Shown in pieces: positions 1-8,389 of a stretch of DNA of 37,340 bases. Within the stretch, counting starts at the first letter, position 1, and every line of letters starts with the position of its first letter. The notes below the pieces were generated by a model that saw only the letters and a list, made by a program, of their open reading frames with translations, was not told the DNA's origin and did no database searches. Made by a program: the position numbers and the translations under genes. This stretch comes from a virus, in the UHGV virus genome UHGV-0142298. One strand, 5' to 3'.

Positions 1-43
1 GCTTCCGGCAACTCGTGAGTAAAAAGATTCGGTATCAGAAGAG

Positions 44-1120
44 GTGAGTATGGCTAACGCCTGGCTCAGATTATGGCATGACATGCCAAATGACCCTAAG
101 TGGCGAACAATTGCCAGGGTGTCAGGGCAGCCAATTGCAACAGTGATGGCAGTGTATATCCACCTCCTGGTGAGCGCGTCACGAAATGTCACGCGAGGTC
201 ACATTGATGTCACGACAGAAGATTTGGCAAGTGCGCTCGACGTGACAGAAGAGGTAATTGATTCAATTTTGCAGACGATGCAGGGGCGGGTACTTGATGG
301 TGATTTAATCACTGGATGGGAAAAACGCCAGGTGCTGAAAGAGGACAACGGTAATATTTCGCAAACCGCAAAATCTCCGGCAGAGCGCAAGAGGGCGCAG
401 CGAGAGAGGGAAAGAAAGCGGGAACAAAATGGCGATTGTCACGGCGAGTCACGAAATGTCACGCACATGTCACGACGAGTCACGACAGATAAAGATACAG
501 ATAAAGATACAGATCAAGAAGATCAAAACACTATGGTCCATGGCGTAAAAAACGCCGCGAACCAGGCAGGGGATGTTCAGACCGTCAATCTTGGTCAGCC
601 AGCAGGCACGACACCGGAAGCCGATTCAGCGTATGCGCTGAAAGCCGATTCGGGCGCTGTGCAGCAGGTGATGACCGCAAGGCAGGAGCAATCACACCAA
701 CTTCAGCAGCCTGAAGCCGATTCCGCCATTCAGCGGGAAGCCGATCGGGTAGTCCCGGAAAACACCGGGCAGCCTGTGGGACGAGTGGATTATCCTGATG
801 TGTTCGAACAGGTCTGGCGGGAATACCCGTTGCGTGCCGGGGCAAACCCGAAGAAATCCGCTTTCAGTGCCTGGAAGGCCAGATTACGCGAGGGGGTGCC
901 ACCAGAGGCCATGCTGGATGGCGTGAGGCGTTACGCAAGATACCTGGCGGCTACCGGGAAAACGGGAACGGAATTTGTTCAGCGAGCGACGACGTTTTTT
1001 GGACCGGACCGGAATTTTGAAAACCCCTGGTTGCTCCCGGTAAGCGGTACGAACAACCAGCGTTGTGTGAATCATATTTCTGAACCGGATACCGAAATTC
1101 CACCGGGCTTCAGGGGGTAA
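44..1120 (+). CDS. Phage replication initiator / replisome organizer (O-like), origin iterons inside the gene
   Basis: 358-aa ORF at the left of the late arm; two clusters of GTCACG motifs at about 10-bp spacing lie inside the coding sequence, as ori does inside lambda O; acidic low-complexity linker (DKDTDKDTDQEDQ). Domain family recalled, not searched. Confidence 0.6.
   Translation: MSMANAWLRLWHDMPNDPKWRTIARVSGQPIATVMAVYIHLLVSASRNVTRGHIDVTTEDLASALDVTEEVIDSILQTMQGRVLDGDLITGWEKRQVLKEDNGNISQTAKSPAERKRAQRERERKREQNGDCHGESRNVTHMSRRVTTDKDTDKDTDQEDQNTMVHGVKNAANQAGDVQTVNLGQPAGTTPEADSAYALKADSGAVQQVMTARQEQSHQLQQPEADSAIQREADRVVPENTGQPVGRVDYPDVFEQVWREYPLRAGANPKKSAFSAWKARLREGVPPEAMLDGVRRYARYLAATGKTGTEFVQRATTFFGPDRNFENPWLLPVSGTNNQRCVNHISEPDTEIPPGFRG
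178..214. repeat. Iteron cluster 1 (4 x GTCAC[G/A] at about 10-bp spacing), candidate ori
   Basis: GTCACG at 178, 188, 209 and GTCACA at 198; the 15-mer TCACGAAATGTCACG recurs at 448-462. Confidence 0.55.
438..484. repeat. Iteron cluster 2 (5 x GTCACG at about 10-bp spacing), candidate ori
   Basis: GTCACG at 438, 448, 458, 469, 479, followed by a tandem GATAAAGATACA repeat at 488-512. Confidence 0.55.
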
Positions 1121-1160
1121 GTGTGTATTTCAGGTCATGAGGTAATTTTCAGGAGGACTT

Positions 1161-1586
1161 GTGGCAAAAGTTTTTACACAAGAAGAGCGAGAAAAAATTA
1201 AGGGGCAGGTTGTTGAACTTGTACGTCTGAGTGGTCGCGAGACGTTACGGGCTCTGGAGGCTAAAACCGGTGCATCAAGGTATTACATAAGCACTCTCGC
1301 CAGAGAGCTGGTTGCCAGCGGCGATGTATACAACTCTGGTTACGGATTATTCCCGTCTGAACAGGCTCGTAAGGACTGGCAAAATGCCCGCAAAAAACTC
1401 TCAAGGGCAAAGCTGAAGAAAAAAACATCTGTGGTTGATCCGGACCTTATCTGGTCATTACCTGACGGAGAAATACGTCGCTACGACAGTCGTCTAAACA
1501 TAATCTGTCGCGAGTGCCGGAAGAGCGAAGTTATGCAGCGCATACTGGCATTTTATCAGGGAAATGTTTGGTATTTATTGAAATGA
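1161..1586 (+). CDS. Hypothetical basic protein in the replication module (GTG start)
   Basis: 141-aa ORF beginning at GTG 1161 with AGGAGG 4 nt upstream (1152-1157); occupies the slot where a helicase loader would normally sit but is too small and has no Walker motif. Confidence 0.4.
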   Translation: MAKVFTQEEREKIKGQVVELVRLSGRETLRALEAKTGASRYYISTLARELVASGDVYNSGYGLFPSEQARKDWQNARKKLSRAKLKKKTSVVDPDLIWSLPDGEIRRYDSRLNIICRECRKSEVMQRILAFYQGNVWYLLK

Positions 1587-1826
1587 CGAGATTAAAGAGC
1601 ATTAGTTCAGATATTAATTGACACTTCGGTTGCATAAGACTAGAACTAGTGTGATTGGCATCTTTGTACCAAAAACGGACATTACAGTGTATGGTTAATT
1701 CTGCCTGTCAAATAACTTACATTCATCAAATGATCGAAATTATGACTTAGCTCAACAATTAGGTTTAGCATGGGTCATATGACTAGAGTGTAGCAACTTT
1801 CTGCTATAATTTAATAAGGATAAAAA

Positions 1827-2054
1827 ATGCCAGCTTATGCTAATAAAGGCGGTAATTCGGGTATAGTGTTTTATGAGATTACTCCAGATGCTATCACAGT
1901 ACAGTTTAAAGATGGATGGAAATACGTTTACGATTCTACAAAACCAGGGGCTTCAACGGTCTCTAGGATGAAAGAGTTAGCCCAGGCTGGGCATGGGCTA
2001 AATAGTTTTATTAGTAGTGTGGTTAAGAAAAATTTCTCACGTAAATACCTTTAA
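1827..2054 (+). CDS. Small KTSC-like domain protein (cargo gene)
   Basis: 75-aa ORF in an AT-rich island; TATAAT at 1805-1810 upstream; sequence style (FYEITPDAITVQFKDGWKYVY) recalls KTSC-domain proteins. Confidence 0.45.
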   Translation: MPAYANKGGNSGIVFYEITPDAITVQFKDGWKYVYDSTKPGASTVSRMKELAQAGHGLNSFISSVVKKNFSRKYL

Positions 2055-2207
2055 TTTTAATTGAGGGTGGGAAGGACTATCACCCTCATAATTCTTCACC
2101 ATTCAATCAAGAGCAATTCAAGGTGATTTGCTCTGTACATAGTCGGTTAGTTAGCACTTCGTAATTTATTGAATAGAAGGCTTTTGGAACAGTATCTTCA
2201 CTCGTGC

Positions 2208-2456
2208 TTATCGCCCAGCAGATTTAGCAAGAATAGTCTCGAGCATTTCTGGTACGTTGCCTTTAGCATTGATAGTTGCTGTTCGGTAAGCTAGTTGATT
2301 TTTTGAGAGATTGATTCCTGTAAGTGCTTCAATTTCGTTGCAGGCCTTACCCCATTCTACCCAGTTTTCAGACAAAAAAGATTCAAGATGATCCGCAAAT
2401 ATAGCAATATCATTAGTAACTGTTGCAGCTGGAATATAGACTATGCGAAAAGCCAT
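2208..2456 (-). CDS. Hypothetical protein
   Basis: 82-aa minus-strand ORF in the AT-rich island; no recognised motif; weak RBS. Confidence 0.25.
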   Translation of the reverse strand: MAFRIVYIPAATVTNDIAIFADHLESFLSENWVEWGKACNEIEALTGINLSKNQLAYRTATINAKGNVPEMLETILAKSAGR

Positions 2457-3079
2457 TGGTTGACTACTTCAATGTATCCTGTATCAACAATGAAAATGTC
2501 CGTTCTTCGCTCACAGAATTAGTGCGACAGCTTCGCACCAAGAGCTGACATTGTAATATCCGACAGGCTATTGCCTGTCAGTTAACAGTTACGTGTTATA
2601 AAAGGTCAGGCGGGATCCTGACTAGGTGTGTTTAAAGAAGTGCTGGTGGTGAGCGGGTGTTGTGTCCAATTTCCACAGAAAAAAATCTGAGAAACTATAC
2701 CCAATAGTTGTATTGAATCACTGACGAGACAGCCTCATATTTATCAGGACTGGTGTACTTCCAATTCAGGAGGTTGTCGTGCTGGTTCTCAAATGTGCGC
2801 TAGCTATTGCGGCTGTAATGGCAATTTATTGTCTTGCTGTTGTTCTTACGGATCGCCTTTCTGATTGATTTTATATTGGCGAGGTGACGTGAGTTAAGTA
2901 GAATTGCTGCGGGTGCTTGAGGCTATCTGCCTCAGGCATGAACACCAACGGCAGATAGAGAAAAGCCCCAGTTAACATTACGCGTCCTGCAAGACGCTTA
3001 ACATTAATCTGAGGCCAATTTCATGCTAGACACATGTAGGTTAGCCTCTTACGTGCCGGAAGGCAAGGAGAAGCAGGCT

Positions 3080-3235
3080 ATGAAGCAGCAAAAGGCGATG
3101 TTAATCGCCCTGATCGTCATCTGTTTAACCGTCATAGTGACGGCACTGGTAACGAGGAAAGACCTCTGCGAGGTACGAATCCGAACCGGCCAGACGGAGG
3201 TCGCTGTCTTCACAGCTTACGAACCTGAGGAGTAA
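3080..3235 (+). CDS. hokD: Hok/Gef-family membrane toxin (type I toxin)
   Basis: 51-aa product MKQQKAMLIALIVICLTVIVTALVTRKDLCEVRIRTGQTEVAVFTAYEPEE has the Hok signature (TM helix, LTRK.LCE.R, EVAAF..YE); the ORF track extends it upstream to 3023 (mok-like leader frame); intrinsic terminator follows. Confidence 0.8.
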   Translation: MKQQKAMLIALIVICLTVIVTALVTRKDLCEVRIRTGQTEVAVFTAYEPEE

Positions 3236-3299
3236 GAGACTAGGCGGGGGAGAAATCCCTCGCCACCTCTGATGAGTCAGGCATCCTCAATGCACCCGC

Positions 3300-3326
3300 G
3301 CTTAACCCGCTTCGGCGGGTTTTTCT
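3300..3326 (+). terminator. Intrinsic terminator downstream of hok
   Basis: AACCCGC-TTCG-GCGGGTT hairpin followed by a T-run. Confidence 0.6.
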
Positions 3327-3336
3327 AGCATCTACC

Positions 3337-3376
3337 TGGTTGACAAAGTCGATGTTAAATGGAAATATGGTTGACA
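3337..3376 (+). promoter_or_regulatory. Direct repeat TGGTTGACA x2 (31 bp apart) overlapping -35-like TTGACA boxes; candidate promoter/operator of the 3402-5158 operon
   Basis: TGGTTGACA at 3337-3345 and 3368-3376, immediately upstream of the ATG at 3402. Confidence 0.35.
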
Positions 3377-3401
3377 CCAAAACAACAAGGATATTACGGT
3401 C

Positions 3402-4016
3402 ATGCAGAATTTATCTCAACAGTTGTTAGAAGCATATGACAAGGAGTGCCGCAAAGAGCTTTCGATCGCGTTAGCACAGGCTTATCTTCATTCGCATATG
3501 AAGGCAAAAGAGTTTGGTTCTTTTTGGGCTCAAGCACAGTCATATTTGCGCTGGTTTTATGCCGATGCATTGCTTGAGAATGCGGCTAAGCGTGTGGGGC
3601 TGGATTTTGAAGTCGGTAGCAATGCTGCTAAAAATTGTAAACACATTGCGATTCACTCGAACAACTGGAAAATGACGGCACATCATTTATCGGGTAATGC
3701 GCCACTTCCTAAGCAGGCATTGTATAGAGCTGTTTACGCTAATCAAAATTATGAATTGAATTTTGGGGATGAAAATGCCGACTCCCTGGATGGGAGAGCG
3801 TCTGGTGGACATGTTTATATGTTACATGATGGCAGTAATCAGCACTTGTCCAAACTGAATTTAACTGTTCCTTCTTCGGATAATTACGGGATTCTTTATA
3901 CTGAGTCTTTACCAATTATGACGATGGTAGAAGTTGAAGCAGAAAATGTGGATTCTGAGATTGAAGATAAAATCAAGATTCTTACCGAACAAATAATTAA
4001 ATCACAGCAATCATGA
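3402..4016 (+). CDS. Hypothetical protein, first gene of a two-gene cassette (candidate effector/partner of the HTH-peptidase)
   Basis: 204-aa ORF; its stop overlaps the next start in ATGA (4013-4016), implying translational coupling; no recognisable domain or TM segment. Confidence 0.55.
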   Translation: MQNLSQQLLEAYDKECRKELSIALAQAYLHSHMKAKEFGSFWAQAQSYLRWFYADALLENAAKRVGLDFEVGSNAAKNCKHIAIHSNNWKMTAHHLSGNAPLPKQALYRAVYANQNYELNFGDENADSLDGRASGGHVYMLHDGSNQHLSKLNLTVPSSDNYGILYTESLPIMTMVEVEAENVDSEIEDKIKILTEQIIKSQQS

Positions 4017-5158
4017 GCATGAATATCGCACAAACACCATTTACTGATAAATCGTTTAATCCTCGTCGCCTTGAGGAGGCAAGAGAGGCAAAAGGGTTGA
4101 CGATGGCTGAACTTGCCAGAGTGCTCAATATTTCAAGACAAGCTATTTCGTCATTTGAGAAGGGGTTGAAGTCTCCCTCTGCTGATACACTTTCTGCAAT
4201 AGCCAAGGTGTTAGGATTTCCAGAACGATTTTTCTTAGCCTCCAGTGCTTCTCCATCTCTGGAGGGGGCGATTCATTTTAGAAGTCGTTCAACTGCGACC
4301 AAAAAGGCTCGAGTTACAGGGAAAACACGTGGGCGTTGGGCGGCATTAATATTGGATGAATGTCTAAAATATGCTCAATTACCAGATGTGGTTCTGCCTG
4401 AATTCGATATTATTGATTTTGAGGTTCTGTCTCTATCTGATATTGAGGATATGTCCACCCAATTAAGGCGTTTTTGGGGGTTAGGTGATGGTCCAATACT
4501 CAATTTAACTAGACTTGTTGAAAATAAAGGAATCGTGGTTTCTCATTTACCTTCTGGTGAGAAAGTTGATGCCTTTTCGTTCTGGCATAATGGGCGGCCT
4601 TTAATTATGTTAGATAGCTCGAAGACGGCTGTTCGCATGCGATTTAGTCTTGCTCATGAACTTGGCCATTTAATTATGCATAGGGCAGTGGAGGATGACT
4701 ACCTGAATGATAAAGAATTATTCGACCTGGTGGAGTTGCAGGCCGATTATTTTGCCTCCAGCTTTTTAATGCCAGCCACCACTTTCGGGCGTGAATTTTA
4801 TAGTCCAAATTTATCAGCGTTAGAACGATTAAAACTACGTTGGATTACATCTATCGGTAGTATTGCCATGAGGAGTCATAGCCTTAAGTTAATCAGCGAT
4901 AATCAGAAAAGCTATATATTTAAGCAATTAGCGCCATTCCATCGTAGGGAGCCGTTAGATGATGCAATCCCAAAAGAAGAGCCTGAGTTACTTAATAAGT
5001 TACTTTTACTTCTTGATAAGCATTCAATCATAAAGGTAACTGAGTTAACTGATATCTTTGCTCTTCCCTTAAATGAGTTATCTGCAATTACACGATTTAA
5101 AGAATCAGATATGATTCATTCTGACAATGTTATTTCATTTACCATAAAACAAAAATAA
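4013..5158 (+). CDS. HTH-XRE DNA-binding domain fused to an ImmA/IrrE-type (M78-like) zinc metallopeptidase
   Basis: N-terminal HTH (LTMAELARVLNISRQAISSFEKG); central HEXXH motif in SLAHELGHLIMH with a downstream acidic/aromatic segment (ELQADYFASSFLMP) typical of ImmA/IrrE peptidases. Confidence 0.75.
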   Translation: MSMNIAQTPFTDKSFNPRRLEEAREAKGLTMAELARVLNISRQAISSFEKGLKSPSADTLSAIAKVLGFPERFFLASSASPSLEGAIHFRSRSTATKKARVTGKTRGRWAALILDECLKYAQLPDVVLPEFDIIDFEVLSLSDIEDMSTQLRRFWGLGDGPILNLTRLVENKGIVVSHLPSGEKVDAFSFWHNGRPLIMLDSSKTAVRMRFSLAHELGHLIMHRAVEDDYLNDKELFDLVELQADYFASSFLMPATTFGREFYSPNLSALERLKLRWITSIGSIAMRSHSLKLISDNQKSYIFKQLAPFHRREPLDDAIPKEEPELLNKLLLLLDKHSIIKVTELTDIFALPLNELSAITRFKESDMIHSDNVISFTIKQK

Positions 5159-5167
5159 TTCTCATTC

Positions 5168-5195
5168 ATACCCGCCTCGGCGGGTTTTTGTTTTA
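5168..5195 (+). terminator. Intrinsic terminator after the HTH-peptidase gene
   Basis: CCCGCC-TC-GGCGGG hairpin plus TTTTTGTTTT; same hairpin family as the terminator after hok. Confidence 0.6.
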
Positions 5196-5505
5196 CGTAT
5201 TCTGGTTTACAATCCACAGGCCAGCCTGAACAACTGGCACCTGCTGCGCCAGCAGAGACAACCGATGGCGCACGATACCAAATTACACAATTCTGATGAT
5301 TCTGCCGTCTTTGCCAGCAGGCACGGGCGGCGCTCTCACGCATTTAAATCTGATTGGTACCAGCATCCCCCATGCACTGAAGAACAGGCCGAATGGCTGA
5401 TTCATTCTTACCGCAGGCGCGGGTTCGAGGTTAAGAAAGCTCTCAGTCTCGACTATCGGCACTGGATAATCTCTGTCAGGCTGCCTTATTCCGAACGCCC
5501 ACCAC

Positions 5506-6153
5506 GTGCGTCCCGCACTTTCCAGCAACGGATCTGGAGGTAACGTGCGGGTATTACTTAGACCTGTTCTGGTGCCAGAGCTTGGGCTGGTGGTCCTTAA
5601 ACTAGGCCGTGAATCCATGCCGGTATTCCACAATACCCGGGTACTGGTGGAGCCGGAACCGAAAAGCATGCGTAATCTGCCGTCCGGGGTCGTTCCTGCC
5701 GTTCGCCAGCCGCTGGTGGAAGACAAAACATTGCTGCCGTTTTTCAGTAACGCACGGGTGATTCGTGCTGCTGGTGGTGCTGGTGCATTGTCTGACTGGC
5801 TGTTGCGCCATATTAAATCCTGCCAGTGGCCGCACGGCGATTATCATCACAGCGAAACCGTCATTCACCGTTATGGTACCGGCGCAATGGTGTTGTGCTG
5901 GCACTGCGACAACCAACTGCGTGACCAGACATCCGAATCACTCGAGCAACTTGCTCATCAAAACCTGTCAGCATGGATGATTGACGTCATCGGTCACGCA
6001 ATAAGCGGTACGCAGGAGCGTGAATTATCTCTGGCTGAATTATCCTGGTGGGCGCTCCGCAATCAGGTGGCGGACGCGCTACCGGAAGCGGTATTACGTC
6101 GTTCGCTGGGATTACCAGCGGAAAATTCATACTATATTAGGAATAGTCCATAA
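5506..6153 (+). CDS. Hypothetical Cys/His-rich protein in the position of a late-gene regulator (possible Q-like antiterminator); start uncertain
   Basis: 215-aa ORF from GTG 5506 (alternative ATG 5620); contains HGDYHH...CWHCDNQ; a second frame (5265-5543) overlaps upstream, so a frameshifted or longer gene is possible. Confidence 0.3.
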   Translation: MRPALSSNGSGGNVRVLLRPVLVPELGLVVLKLGRESMPVFHNTRVLVEPEPKSMRNLPSGVVPAVRQPLVEDKTLLPFFSNARVIRAAGGAGALSDWLLRHIKSCQWPHGDYHHSETVIHRYGTGAMVLCWHCDNQLRDQTSESLEQLAHQNLSAWMIDVIGHAISGTQERELSLAELSWWALRNQVADALPEAVLRRSLGLPAENSYYIRNSP

Positions 6154-6243
6154 CAGAAAAATTGTCAGTGATGACGTCAGAAAGGCAATTTATTCCGTGC
6201 ACTACACAGTTTATGTGTTAATGAATTAGTCAAGGGGGAGGAT

Positions 6244-7203
6244 ATGATAAAAAAACCTGTGATTGGAATCAGCGGTTGTTTGGCCGGTTCTGCTGTTCGT
6301 TTTGATGGTGGTCACAAAAGAGCTGACTTTTTAATGGACAAATTAGTGGAATGGGTAACATTCAGACCAGTATGTCCGGAAATGGCTATAGGGCTGCCAG
6401 TTCCGCGTCCTGCTCTACGTCTTGTGCGCTCGAAGCAAGGAAATATACGGATGTGTTTCAGCCACGACCAGAATGAGGATGTGACAGAGAGAATGACAGA
6501 GTTTAGTCGTTCTTATATGCACAAATTAAAGGATGTATCGGGGTTTGTGGTTTGTGCTAAATCTCCCAGCTGTGGCATGGAGCGCGTGCGTGTCTATGAT
6601 GAAAATGGTAATCGAGGTCGTAAAGATGGAGTGGGACTATTTACGAGCACTTTGATGGAAAAGTTTTCCTGGCTACCGGTTGAAGAGGATGGGCGATTAC
6701 ATGATCCAGTGCTTCGTGAGAATTTTGTTGAAAGAGTTTTTGCTTTGCATGAGCTCAATCACCTTTACAAGGAGAAATTATCAAGAAGAGAGTTATTAGC
6801 TTTTCATAGTCGTTATAAGCTTCAGTTGTTGGCGCATAGTCAGGCAGGCTATAAAGATATGGGACCATTTGTGGCTGCAATACACGAGTGGGCGGACCTT
6901 GAATCATACTTTGAGGTGTATCGTGATAAGCTGATGGCGATTCTCAGAAAACCTGCATCACGTAAAAATCACACGAATGTGCTGATGCATATACAGGGGT
7001 ATTTTAGTAATTACTTAAGTACACGCCAGCGTAAAGAGTTGACCGAGGTTATACTTAACTATCGCTTTGGCACATTGCCTCTTCTTGCGCCGTTGACTCT
7101 GCTGAAGCATTATCTGGGTGAGTATCCTAATGATTACTTGCTTACACAGAATTACTTCGATCCCTATCCGGAAGAACTGGCTCTAAGACTGATGGTGAAT
7201 TAA
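6244..7203 (+). CDS. DUF523/DUF1722-like fusion protein (TudS-like thiouracil desulfidase family candidate)
   Basis: 319-aa ORF with RBS GGGGGAGG; N-terminus KPVIGISGCLAGSAVRFDGGHK resembles the DUF523 Cys-containing signature; family assignment is from memory. Confidence 0.6.
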   Translation: MIKKPVIGISGCLAGSAVRFDGGHKRADFLMDKLVEWVTFRPVCPEMAIGLPVPRPALRLVRSKQGNIRMCFSHDQNEDVTERMTEFSRSYMHKLKDVSGFVVCAKSPSCGMERVRVYDENGNRGRKDGVGLFTSTLMEKFSWLPVEEDGRLHDPVLRENFVERVFALHELNHLYKEKLSRRELLAFHSRYKLQLLAHSQAGYKDMGPFVAAIHEWADLESYFEVYRDKLMAILRKPASRKNHTNVLMHIQGYFSNYLSTRQRKELTEVILNYRFGTLPLLAPLTLLKHYLGEYPNDYLLTQNYFDPYPEELALRLMVN

Positions 7204-7600
7204 CTGTATGCGATATCATCTGAAAGTGATGAGTTCCTGTATGCAGGATATTTACAATCGTAAAAACTACACTATGATACCCATAGTGTCAGTTTGTATA
7301 AAAATCCTGTTCACGCTGAAGAAAACATTGAGATGCAATTTAATGTTGGTAAACATACCAGCCCCAAAAGATTTTATTCAATCTGTTTTTATATGAAGAT
7401 ATTTCAAGTGAATATTAAGAGTATATAATATTATTATTGCACGCAGCTATTATAATATAACAGATTAGTTTAATGATTTGTTTTTTGTGAGTTAAACACA
7501 TGGTTTTATAGTTGTGATGCAATGAGATTTTCCTTATTGTTGAACTGGCGAATATTGATTTTCCACCTATACTTACCTGGTGTAACCCCAGTGATATCAG

Positions 7601-8323
7601 GTGGATAATATGCCATACATATGTTCTGTCATTTTGGTGTTGAACTCGTTTGGTGTCCGAATTGGTAAAGAAGATATTTTGTTTAAAAAAGGAAGTGCTG
7701 TCCTCATCGAATACAATTTAAAAGATCTTTTTTCGTCAAATACAGATCATCTAATGATCGTAGATGTTGAGGAGAAAACAGTTAATGATTTCTTTAAAAA
7801 CTACACACTCTCACCTTTTTCTGTAAGAAGGTTTTATCCGTCATACTTGATAGTAGAATGTGAAGATTTTTCATTGTTAAGGAACTTGGTTGCATGCTTG
7901 AATTGTGATAGCAAAACCGTGGATGTAGTTAGAAATCAAATATCACTTGCATGTCTTGCTGTCTTATCTTCAGAGAAAATAGTGCAAAGTTTTTTGTTCG
8001 GAAGTCTTAATAGCTTAGGTTGTAAAGTTAAGGCTATTATTCACTCGGATATCTCAGCGTCATGGAGACTTTGTGATATATCTTCAAGATTATATATGAG
8101 CGAGAGTTTGTTAAAAAGAAAATTAAAAGACGAAGGATTATCGTTTAGTAAATTAATTCTTGAAGAACGAATGATGATGGCGCAAAGATTATTGATCTAC
8201 AGTAACCATACTGTCGGCAAGGTGGCGGGAATATGCGGGTATGACAATGCATCATATTTTGTAAGTGTTTTTAGAGGATATTTTGGTGTGCCTCCGCACC
8301 AATATTTATCAAGATTTTCTTAG
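7601..8323 (+). CDS. AraC-family transcriptional regulator (cargo gene)
   Basis: 240-aa ORF in a very AT-rich island; C-terminal AraC-type HTH (VGKVAGICGYDNASYFVSVFRGYFGVPPHQY). Confidence 0.75.
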   Translation: MDNMPYICSVILVLNSFGVRIGKEDILFKKGSAVLIEYNLKDLFSSNTDHLMIVDVEEKTVNDFFKNYTLSPFSVRRFYPSYLIVECEDFSLLRNLVACLNCDSKTVDVVRNQISLACLAVLSSEKIVQSFLFGSLNSLGCKVKAIIHSDISASWRLCDISSRLYMSESLLKRKLKDEGLSFSKLILEERMMMAQRLLIYSNHTVGKVAGICGYDNASYFVSVFRGYFGVPPHQYLSRFS

Positions 8324-8389
8324 AAGATATGATGTGATGGCATTTTATAAAGTTATTTTTTGAAGTGTAAGATTATACGATATTTTTAG

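Noticed and set aside
3023-3079. Calling the full 70-aa ORF (3023-3235) as the toxin
   Set aside because: Hok toxins are about 50 aa and the internal ATG at 3080 gives the canonical N-terminus; the upstream extension is better read as a mok-like leader frame.
5283-5916. Minus-strand ORFs of 147 and 104 aa in the GC-rich 5.3-5.9 kb region
   Set aside because: Overlap the plus-strand candidate regulator; Ser/Thr/Arg/Pro-rich with no motifs. Kept only as a caveat in the finding because the region is ambiguous.
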